NCBI RefSeq assembly: GCF_000195755.1
Contig: NC_002937.3
Span: 960,001 to 992,000, forward strand
Source of the DNA: Nitratidesulfovibrio vulgaris str. Hildenborough
GTDB taxonomy: Bacteria; Desulfobacterota; Desulfovibrionia; Desulfovibrionales; Desulfovibrionaceae
Length of the DNA: 32,000 bases
Direction of reading: 5' to 3'
Both the position numbers and the translations under genes were made by a program. Under the pieces are notes generated by a model that saw only the letters and a list, made by a program, of their open reading frames with translations, made no database searches and was not told where the DNA came from. Below, piece after piece: positions 7,948-14,738 of this stretch (positions within the stretch are counted from its first letter, which is position 1; each line of letters begins with the position of its first letter).

Positions 7948-9612
7948 CTAGATGGTTGTGATGACGGGCACCACGATGGGGTCCCGCTCGAGCACCTTGC
8001 GGAAGAAACGACGCAGTGCGGAGCGTATGCGGTCTTGCAGGCGTTCCGTCTCACCGGGGGGGATGTTCTCGAAGATGTCGAGGACGATGCATTTGGCGTC
8101 TTCGAGCACATGGTTGTAGTGCTGCTCGAAGACGAAGCCCTTGGAGAGCATCTCCGGTCCGTGGAGTACATCCCATGTCACCTCGTCCACGACGAGCACC
8201 ACGATGACCATGCCCTCGCCGCCGAGGATGTGGCGTTCCTTGAGCACCGAGTGTCCCACGTCGCCTACGCCCTTGCCGTCCACGAGTATGGATTCCACAT
8301 GGATGCGTTCGCCGAGGCGCACCCCTTGCGGAAGCAGGGTGAGCGGGTCGCCGTTCTCGAGGATGAAGGCGCGCTCCGGGGCGACACCACATTCCTGCGC
8401 GAGGCGCGCGTGCTTGACAAGGTGGCGGTATTCGCCATGCACGGGGACGAAGCACTGCGGGCGCATCGTCTCGATCATGGCGCGCAACTCGTCGCGATGG
8501 GCATGACCGGAGGCGTGGATGGCCCGGAACTTGTCGTAGTACACCTCGGCCCCGAGGCGGTATATCTGGTTGATGAGCCGGGTGATGGCGCGGGCGTTGC
8601 CGGGGATGATGCGTGACGACATCACCACCGTGTCGCCTTCATGGATGGTGAGGTGCTTGTGTTCACCCATGGTGATGCGTGACAGGGCGGAGAGCGGCTC
8701 TCCCTGTGAGCCTGTCACCAGCAGGACCATGTCGCGGTCGGCCACGGGGGGCAGTCCTGCCGCATCCATGTGCAACGCGGGGGGAACGCGCAGAAAGCCG
8801 TGCTCTCGTGCGAGTTCGATGTTCGTCATGAGGCTGCGCCCGCTCACCACCACGGTTCGGCCGAACTCCGCCGCAAGGTCGAAGACCTCCTGAATGCGCT
8901 GGATGTGGCTCGAGAACAGCGTGATGACGATGCGCCCCTGCGCCTCGGTGAAGATGTGCCTGAAGCTGGAGAGTATCTCGCGTTCAGGCAGGGAATGGCC
9001 TTCACGTTCGATGTTGGTGGAATCGGAGAGCAGCAGCCGTACCCCTTCGTCGCCGGCGAAGCTGCGGAAGAGGTCGAGGTCGGTGCCGGAACCCTCGAGG
9101 GGGTGGGGGTCTATCTTGAAGTCGCCGGTATGCAGTACGCGGCCCACCGGGGTTTCGACACCCACGGCGTACCCTTCGATGATGGAGTGGCATACGGGCA
9201 GGAAATGGAAGGTCATGTCACCGAGGGCAAGCGGCGTTCCGGGGGTGACGGGGACGAATTCCACCCTGTCGGCCAGCCCGTGCTCTCTCAGTTTGTGCTC
9301 TACGAGTGCCAGCGTGAAACGCGACCCGAATATGGGGATGCCGCGCAGGTGCGGCACAAGCCACGGGAGCGCACCGATATGGTCTTCATGCCCGTGCGTG
9401 AGGATGATGCCCCGCACCTTGTCGCGCTGCTGGAGAATATGGTCGAACCGCGGGATGACCACGTCCACCCCGAGGTGGTAGTCGTCCGGGAACATGAGCC
9501 CGCAGTCGATGAGGACCGTGCTGTCTGCGGTGGACCAGACCTGGCAATTGAGGCCGATTTCGCCAAGCCCGCCTAGGGGGGTGATGGTGAAGTGGGGGGC
9601 GTGTTCCGCCAT
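7948..9612 (-). CDS. rnj: Ribonuclease J (metallo-beta-lactamase / beta-CASP RNase)
   Basis: 554-aa ORF. The N-terminus reads ITPLGGLGEIGLNCQVW...LIDCGLMFP, followed by THGHEDHIGALPW (HxHxDH metal site) and beta-CASP plus C-terminal domain length. A GGAG SD lies upstream. Confidence 0.92.
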   Translation of the reverse strand: MAEHAPHFTITPLGGLGEIGLNCQVWSTADSTVLIDCGLMFPDDYHLGVDVVIPRFDHILQQRDKVRGIILTHGHEDHIGALPWLVPHLRGIPIFGSRFTLALVEHKLREHGLADRVEFVPVTPGTPLALGDMTFHFLPVCHSIIEGYAVGVETPVGRVLHTGDFKIDPHPLEGSGTDLDLFRSFAGDEGVRLLLSDSTNIEREGHSLPEREILSSFRHIFTEAQGRIVITLFSSHIQRIQEVFDLAAEFGRTVVVSGRSLMTNIELAREHGFLRVPPALHMDAAGLPPVADRDMVLLVTGSQGEPLSALSRITMGEHKHLTIHEGDTVVMSSRIIPGNARAITRLINQIYRLGAEVYYDKFRAIHASGHAHRDELRAMIETMRPQCFVPVHGEYRHLVKHARLAQECGVAPERAFILENGDPLTLLPQGVRLGERIHVESILVDGKGVGDVGHSVLKERHILGGEGMVIVVLVVDEVTWDVLHGPEMLSKGFVFEQHYNHVLEDAKCIVLDIFENIPPGETERLQDRIRSALRRFFRKVLERDPIVVPVITTI

Positions 9613-9681
9613 GGTGCAGCTACTCCGGTGTGACGGGGGCCGACGTCGCGTGACGCCGGGGCATGATGAGGCAATCTCTAC

Positions 9682-9710
9682 TAGCTACAGTAAAAGACGT
9701 CTCGTCACAA
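9682..9710 (-). promoter_or_regulatory. Candidate sigma70-type promoter for rnj (TTGTGA-N17-TAGCTA)
   Basis: This is the only AT-rich patch upstream of rnj. Minus-strand TTGTGA (9710..9705), a 17-nt spacer and TAGCTA (9687..9682). It implies a 5' UTR of about 60 nt. Pattern match only. Confidence 0.3.
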
Positions 9711-10084
9711 GGGTATGCGGCTGCTTCATGTGATGTGAGACGGAACGTCATGCGGGCGGACACATGGCGAGGTCGTCGGAGGCCATGGCCCGGCGGCGTC
9801 CCGTTCTTTCGGGCTGGCGTCTTCCGACGGGGAGGGGCGGTCGTGTCGCGAGATGCCGGTGGTCTGATGGGCCACGGCAGGAAAAGGCGGGAAGGGAAAA
9901 TGGGTGGCGGCTACTATGGTGGAGTCTGTGGCGAGGACCTGCGCCGCACCATGGCGCCGTGCCCTCGCGTCGTACCATGGTGCCATGGTCTGGCGTCGTA
10001 GGGTGGGTCTTGCTCGCCCTTCCGTCCCGGGCGGGCCGTGCCTCACAGGGAACGGCCCGTCCGGGCGTCGGGGGGTGCCGACAG

Positions 10085-10441
10085 TCAGGTTCTGGCGAAC
10101 TGGTCTTCGCGGCGTCGGGCGCAGGCGATGCACAGTCGTGTCGTGGGTACCGAAAGAAGGCGTTGTACCCCGATGGCGTCGCCGCATTCGTCGCACCAGC
10201 CGAATTCCTCGTCGCCCGTGCGGGCTAGGGCCGTACGCAGAGAGCGCAGACGCCCCTTGAGCTGTTCGATGTTGGCGCGCTGTTCGGCCATGGAGAACAC
10301 CTGACGGTGCTCCACATCATCCACCGTGAGGATGTCGTTGCTCATGGCGTTGATGGCGGCTTCGGTCTGGTCGATGTCCTTGCGCAGGTGTGCCCGTACG
10401 AGGGCTACGGCCTCTTCGGGTGACTGGATGGTCTGTGTCAT
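10085..10441 (-). CDS. DksA/TraR-family C4 zinc-finger protein
   Basis: 118-aa ORF with a coiled-coil-like N-terminal part and the C-terminal GWCDECGDAIGVQRLLSVPTTRLCIACARRRE (CxxC-N17-CxxC), characteristic of the family. An AAGGAG SD lies at 10455..10450. Confidence 0.85.
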   Translation of the reverse strand: MTQTIQSPEEAVALVRAHLRKDIDQTEAAINAMSNDILTVDDVEHRQVFSMAEQRANIEQLKGRLRSLRTALARTGDEEFGWCDECGDAIGVQRLLSVPTTRLCIACARRREDQFART

Positions 10442-10473
10442 GTCTCATACTCCTTGATGAAAAAGTCAGGGTG

Positions 10474-10512
10474 AAAAAAAAGCCCCCTTGCTCCTGAGGT
10501 GGAGAGGGGGGC
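10474..10512 (-). terminator. Rho-independent terminator, 32 nt upstream of the dksA-like start
   Basis: Minus-strand GCCCCC..CUCC-ACCUCA-GGAG..GGGGGC (6 bp, an internal loop, then 4 bp), followed by U8 (10481..10474). Confidence 0.7.
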
Positions 10513-10691
10513 TGTGGTGCTGCGATGCAGTGGTGCAAGGCTGCTAGAGCGGACTTCCCTTCTCCCGTGATGCATGGCGGACGTGCCGATGCGTGCACGA
10601 CTCCCAGTCGAGAGTCGTCCCCATCGAGGCGTCTATGCGTATGCCGCATGAGCGGAAGATGATGGTCGTCGTATACATCGTACGTCTTGCC

Positions 10692-10976
10692 CTACATGTC
10701 CGATATGGAAAGGATGACCCATTTGCTGCCGTCGTCGTCGAGGCGGAAGGTGACTATGCCCTTCGCGCCACAGGCGTGACATTCGACGATGCGCTTGCAG
10801 ATGCCTCTGCGTTCTTCAAGCCAGCGTGTCTCTGTGCGGCCCATGCCACACCTGTTGCAGCTGAAGAGCGGCGCGACGTTGGTCTTGTGCAGCGTAAGCC
10901 GGTCAACGGAAAATGGAGCGTTGGCTGCCACGTTGACCGTTGCAGTCGTGTTGGACATTTCTTCCGTTTCTGCCAT
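10692..10976 (-). CDS. Small hypothetical protein (94 aa) with two CxxC pairs (putative zinc ribbon)
   Basis: Sequence is MAETEEMSNTTATVNVAANAPFSVDRLTLHKTNVAPLFSCNRCGMGRTETRWLEERRGICKRIVECHACGAKGIVTFRLDDDGSKWVILSISDM. The ATG at 10976 is preceded by GGAG at 7-nt spacing. The upstream in-frame extension in the track (to 11081) has much lower third-position G+C (about 47 % versus about 68 %) and would contain a terminator hairpin, so I reject it. I recognise no family. Confidence 0.6.
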   Translation of the reverse strand: MAETEEMSNTTATVNVAANAPFSVDRLTLHKTNVAPLFSCNRCGMGRTETRWLEERRGICKRIVECHACGAKGIVTFRLDDDGSKWVILSISDM

Positions 10977-10993
10977 GTTACACTCCGTAAATG

Positions 10994-11029
10994 AAAAAAC
11001 AGCCACCTTCCGCCTGGAGGGTGGTTCTG
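10994..11029 (-). terminator. Intrinsic terminator / attenuator hairpin 17 nt upstream of the small ORF start
   Basis: Minus-strand CAGAACCACCCUCC-AGGC-GGAAGGUGGCUG (about 11 bp with small bulges, folded by hand), followed directly by U6 (10999..10994). The SD GGAG and the ATG come next. Confidence 0.6.
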
Positions 11030-11240
11030 TATTCGTTGTGCGGTCTTCACCACGTCGATGGAAGAGGCTTACCATCCCCACGACGACTGGTCAACGCCCC
11101 GCCATGGGGATGGGCGAGTCCTCGTCAGTGGGGTGGGGGGGGTATAGCGATTGCCCCTTCGCATGGGTACGCTTGCGAATGCTGGTTGTCCGCCGGATGC
11201 CTGTTGGTTGCCCGCGGGATGCTGCGGGATGTCGTCTGAC

Positions 11241-11265
11241 GCCAGCCTGATGCCAGCCTGATGCC
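11241..11265. repeat. Perfect 11-bp tandem duplication (GCCAGCCTGAT x2, plus a partial GCC)
   Basis: Read directly: 11241-11251 equals 11252-11262, followed by GCC. On the minus strand it reads ..GGCATCAGGCTGGCATCAGGCTGGC.., which contains TGGCAT-N5-TGGC with sigma54-like GG/GC spacing. Confidence 0.9.
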
Positions 11266-11328
11266 GGAAGTCGGAAGAGTGGCGACGCAGCAGATGAGGT
11301 CCTTTCGCAGTCGCTTTCACGCTTGAAA

Positions 11329-11363
11329 GGGGCGGGGTACGGCTTGTGCCGCAACCCCGCCCC
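11329..11363 (-). terminator. Possible terminator hairpin downstream of the EF-G paralogue
   Basis: GGGGCGGGG (11329-11337) pairs perfectly with CCCCGCCCC (11355-11363). A 4-bp inner stem CGGC/GCCG also forms. On the minus strand it is followed only by a weak CUUUC tract. It lies about 108 nt after the stop. Confidence 0.35.
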
Positions 11364-11470
11364 GCTTGTCTCGTGTAACCGCCCCGGCTGGCGTGGACTT
11401 GCCTCGTCAGGGCGACGGCCCCCGGTCTTCGATTCCGGGCCGCCGTGCATGCAGGCCCCGGGCCTGTGCC

Positions 11471-13537
11471 CTAGGCTTCGGCACGCTCCTTGGCGTGTTC
11501 GGCGATGACCTTCTCAGCCACGGGTGGCGGCGCCTCCTCGTAATGGTCGAACTCCATGGTGAACAACCCCTGTCCGCCGGTCATGGAACGCAGGTCGGGG
11601 GCGTAGCGCAGTACCTCGCTCATGGGCACATGAGCCTTGATTTCGGTGAGTCCCGCCACAGAGTCGGAACCGAGCACCTTGCCACGACGCGACGAGAGGT
11701 CGCCGATGACGTCGCCCATGAATTCGTCGGGTACGGAGACGGTGAGCAGCACCAGAGGTTCGAGAAGGACCGGTTTGACCATCTCCATGGCCTTTTTGAA
11801 GGCGATGGAACCCGCGATCTTGAAGGCCATTTCGGACGAGTCCACCGTGTGGTAGCTGCCGTCGTAGAGTTTGACCTTGAAGTCGACCACCGGGAACCCC
11901 GCGAGATAGCCACGTGCGGCAGCCTCCTGCACGCCCTTGTCCACGGCAGGGATGTACTGGCGCGGGATGGAGCCGCCGACGATGGCGTCCTCGAAGACAT
12001 AGCCCGTGCCACGAGGCAGCCCTTCGATCTCGATCCAGCAGTCGCCGAATTGCCCGCGACCGCCCGACTGCTTCTTGTGTCGACCCTGCACCTGTGCCTT
12101 GCCGCGCAGGGCTTCGCGGTAGGGAATCTTGGGCGTTTTAAGGAGTATCTCGGCCTTGTAGCGGCGGCGGGCCTTCTCGACGGAAAGCTCGATGTGCAGC
12201 TGGCCCATCCCCGAGACGAGGATGTCGCTGCTTTCGCCGTCGCGCGAGAGGCGCAGGGTCACGTCTTCGTCAAGCAGCTTGTGCATGGCGGCGAAGACCT
12301 TGTCCTCTTCCCCCTTTTCCTTGGGGGCGAGCGCGTAGCTGATGAGTTGCGGCGGAAGCGCGGGTTTCGGCAGCACGAAGGGGGCCTTCTCGTCGCACAG
12401 GGTGTCGCCGGTGCGGGTGCCCTTCAGTTTGGCCACCGCCACGATGGCACCGGGGCCGAGGGCCTCCTTGCATGGGGTCTGTGTCTTGCCGACCATGAAG
12501 GCGAGGCTGCCGAGGCGTTCGGGGTCGCCGGTGGTCATGTTCTTGAGTGTCGATTCGGTGGAGATGGTGCCGGAGAGGATGCGCACCATGTTCAGCTGCC
12601 CGGCGAAGGGGTCGGCCAGTGTCTTGAAGACGAAGCAGGCTGCGGGGGCCTCATCGGTGGAGGCCCGTTCGTTGCCCTCGGCGTCGACCCATGCCGGGCG
12701 GTCGAGGGGAGAGGGGAAGAGGGCATCGATGGTGTCGAGCAACTGCACGCCGCCCTTGTCCTCAAGCGCCGCGGCCACGACGACCGGGACGAGGTCGCCG
12801 GAGAGTACGCCCTTGCGCAGTCCGGCAGCGAGTTCATCGGGCGAGAGCACACCTTCTTCGAGGTATTTCTCCATCAGCGTCTCATCGCTTTCGGCGATGT
12901 TCTCGATGGTGGTCTCACGCAGGATGGCGACTTCTTCAGCCAGGTCGTCAGGCACCGGGGCCTCTGTGACCGCCCCGTTCTCACCGAACATGAGGGCCTT
13001 GTCGGCCATGACGTCCACCACGCCCCTGAAGTCTGATGGGCCGCCGATGGGCACGTACAGCAGTACGGGTTTCATGCCCAGCGTGGAGGCAAGGCCGTTG
13101 AAGGCCATGTTGAAATCGGCGCGGTCTCGGTCGAGTTTGTTGATGCAGACGATGGCGGGAAGGCTGGCGTCACGCACTGCCTTCCAGAGTTTTTTCGTCA
13201 GTGGCCGTACGCCGTCCACGGCGTCGATGACGAAAACGGCGGCATCGACACCTGTCAGCAGGTAGCCGATGTCGCCGATGAAATTCGTGTCGCCCGGAAT
13301 GTCCACGAGAAAGTGGCGGTTCCTGTTCCACAGCCATGTGGCGAAGGCGGGCTGGATGCTGCCTCGCCGTTTCACCTCCTCCGGCTCGTAGTCGAGGGTT
13401 GTCGTTCCCTCCTCGGATCTACCGAGGCGGTTGACCACACCGGCCCGATACAGCAGCATCTCGGCCAGTGAGGTCTTGCCGCAGCCTCCGGTACCTACAA
13501 GTGCATAGGTTCTCTGGGTCTCCAACGCTTTGGACAT
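11471..13537 (-). CDS. Elongation factor G paralogue (EF-G II / EF-G2-like translational GTPase)
   Basis: 688-aa ORF with five-domain EF-G length. Carries the P-loop GTGGCGKTS, G4 INKLD, and the domain IV/V signatures HKKQSGGRGQFGDCWIEIE and DGSYHTVDSSEMAFKIAGS. Switch II reads DIPGDTNF rather than DxPGHxDF. A GGGAGAGG SD lies upstream. Confidence 0.93.
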   Translation of the reverse strand: MSKALETQRTYALVGTGGCGKTSLAEMLLYRAGVVNRLGRSEEGTTTLDYEPEEVKRRGSIQPAFATWLWNRNRHFLVDIPGDTNFIGDIGYLLTGVDAAVFVIDAVDGVRPLTKKLWKAVRDASLPAIVCINKLDRDRADFNMAFNGLASTLGMKPVLLYVPIGGPSDFRGVVDVMADKALMFGENGAVTEAPVPDDLAEEVAILRETTIENIAESDETLMEKYLEEGVLSPDELAAGLRKGVLSGDLVPVVVAAALEDKGGVQLLDTIDALFPSPLDRPAWVDAEGNERASTDEAPAACFVFKTLADPFAGQLNMVRILSGTISTESTLKNMTTGDPERLGSLAFMVGKTQTPCKEALGPGAIVAVAKLKGTRTGDTLCDEKAPFVLPKPALPPQLISYALAPKEKGEEDKVFAAMHKLLDEDVTLRLSRDGESSDILVSGMGQLHIELSVEKARRRYKAEILLKTPKIPYREALRGKAQVQGRHKKQSGGRGQFGDCWIEIEGLPRGTGYVFEDAIVGGSIPRQYIPAVDKGVQEAAARGYLAGFPVVDFKVKLYDGSYHTVDSSEMAFKIAGSIAFKKAMEMVKPVLLEPLVLLTVSVPDEFMGDVIGDLSSRRGKVLGSDSVAGLTEIKAHVPMSEVLRYAPDLRSMTGGQGLFTMEFDHYEEAPPPVAEKVIAEHAKERAEA

Positions 13538-13679
13538 AATCCTCTCCCTTGGTTCTGGTGACTGAAGGGCGACCTGTCTGGCAGGTGGGCAGTGTCCTCA
13601 CGGGAACCCGCGGCAGGCGGGTACGGAACGTCCTTTGTGGATTTTCCGTTACATACGACATAGAGAGAGGTTACAAAAG

Positions 13680-14207
13680 ATGTCAAGCCCCGCGGCGACC
13701 TCCGAGGCGCGTCGTGGCCCGGGCTTGCAGGGCGGAGGCACCATGTATGTGAATCTTCTTGCAGGGCTGTTCTTTCTGGTCATCGTGGTCATGCTCATGC
13801 GTCGCATGGGTGTCGGGCGAATGAGGCCCGGAAGCGTCATGCGCGAGGAGATGGAACGACGCCGCGCAGAGGCCGAACGCAGTGCCGAGAGGCGATGTCT
13901 CTCAGAGGCGGGCCGTGATGCGCTGCCCCCTGTTGCCGCCGCTTTGCGCGAGATGCTCGCCGAAGTGCCCGAAGGACGCAGACCGCGTATGGAGGTTGAG
14001 TCGGATGTCGTGGTCGTGCATCTTCCGGACGGGCCGTTGCGGGTGACCTACCGCTTCAGGACCATCGCATTGGGCGGCACGCACGGCGAAGGACGATGCA
14101 GTCATGGCGAATGGGTGCTCAGCGATGCCCATGGTGAAGTGGGTGTCGATGAACTCGACACGACGGTGCGGCTTCTGGCGCGGCGTATCGCTGCCGCTGT
14201 CGCGTGA
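13680..14207 (+). CDS. Hypothetical protein with one N-terminal transmembrane helix
   Basis: The ORF frame has high third-position G+C. There is one hydrophobic segment, LLAGLFFLVIVVMLM, followed by a charged region (EEMERRRAEAERSAERR) and then about 90 aa of soluble domain. ATG 13680 is preceded by AGAGAGG (9-nt spacing). An alternative ATG at 13743 is preceded by GGAGG (4-nt spacing). I recognise no family. Confidence 0.55.
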   Translation: MSSPAATSEARRGPGLQGGGTMYVNLLAGLFFLVIVVMLMRRMGVGRMRPGSVMREEMERRRAEAERSAERRCLSEAGRDALPPVAAALREMLAEVPEGRRPRMEVESDVVVVHLPDGPLRVTYRFRTIALGGTHGEGRCSHGEWVLSDAHGEVGVDELDTTVRLLARRIAAAVA

Positions 14208-14217
14208 GCGTCGAGAT

Positions 14218-14234
14218 TGCCATATGCTATGGCA
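14218..14234. promoter_or_regulatory. Perfect 7-3-7 palindrome TGCCATA-TGC-TATGGCA (candidate operator or stem-loop)
   Basis: Read directly. It lies 11 nt after the stop of the upstream hypothetical gene and about 250 nt before the glutaredoxin-like gene. No U tract follows it. Confidence 0.4.
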
Positions 14235-14480
14235 CTTGCTAGGGTCTGTTCGAATGGGAGGGCTCGGGGCTATACGTGTCCCGGGCACCTCGCCAGCTTC
14301 ATGAGTCCGGCAGATGTATGCGCCGGTAGCATGTGCAGACCCGGTGTGTGCGTTTTCCCGGTCATGACGGCTGGACCTTGAACCGTGTCTTCGAACACCA
14401 TGGGTTGTTCAGTCATGACCGTCAGCCTTGTTTCCGGCAAAGCCGGTGGGCATCAACGAAACCAGTGAGGGGGTATCCCG

Positions 14481-14738
14481 ATGTCAGGTTGCAGCGTCAA
14501 GCTTTTCGCACTCTCCACCTGCGTGCACTGCAAGAACACGCGGCGTTTTCTTGAAGACCACAAGGTGGATGTCGATTGCATCTATGTGGACACCCTGCAG
14601 GGTGAAGAGCGCAAGCAGGTGGTGGAAGAGGTGAAGAAGCATAACCCCAAGCTGTCGTTCCCCACTGTGGTATGCGCAAACGGCAAGGTGATTGTCGGCT
14701 ACCGCGAAGATGAACTGAAGGAGGCTCTTTCGTTATGA
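14481..14738 (+). CDS. Glutaredoxin-like / NrdH-like small thiol-disulfide protein (thioredoxin fold)
   Basis: 85-aa ORF reading VKLFALSTCVHCKNTRRFLEDHKVDVDCIYVD...SFPTVVCANGKVIVGY. It has a CxxC active site in beta-alpha context and a cis-Pro-type FPTV. A GAGGGGG SD lies upstream. Its stop overlaps the next start (ATGA). Confidence 0.85.
   Translation: MSGCSVKLFALSTCVHCKNTRRFLEDHKVDVDCIYVDTLQGEERKQVVEEVKKHNPKLSFPTVVCANGKVIVGYREDELKEALSL

Noticed and set aside
9900-10001. 33-aa plus-strand ORF (MGGGYYGGVCGEDLRRTMAPCPRVVPWCHGLAS) preceded by the purine-rich GGGAAGGGAAA.
   Set aside because: It is very short, has modest GC3, has no terminator or promoter context, and lies in the spacer on the strand opposite to all flanking genes. 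There is insufficient support.
10544-10678. 44-aa minus-strand ORF (MYTTTIIFRSCGIRIDASMGTTLDWESCTHRHVRHASREKGSPL) starting 14 nt after the zinc-ribbon ORF stop.
   Set aside because: It has no credible Shine-Dalgarno sequence and no recognisable motif, and an open frame of this length is expected by chance in this composition. I note it only because its GC3 (about 75 %) is not obviously non-coding. Ribosome profiling or conservation analysis would be needed.
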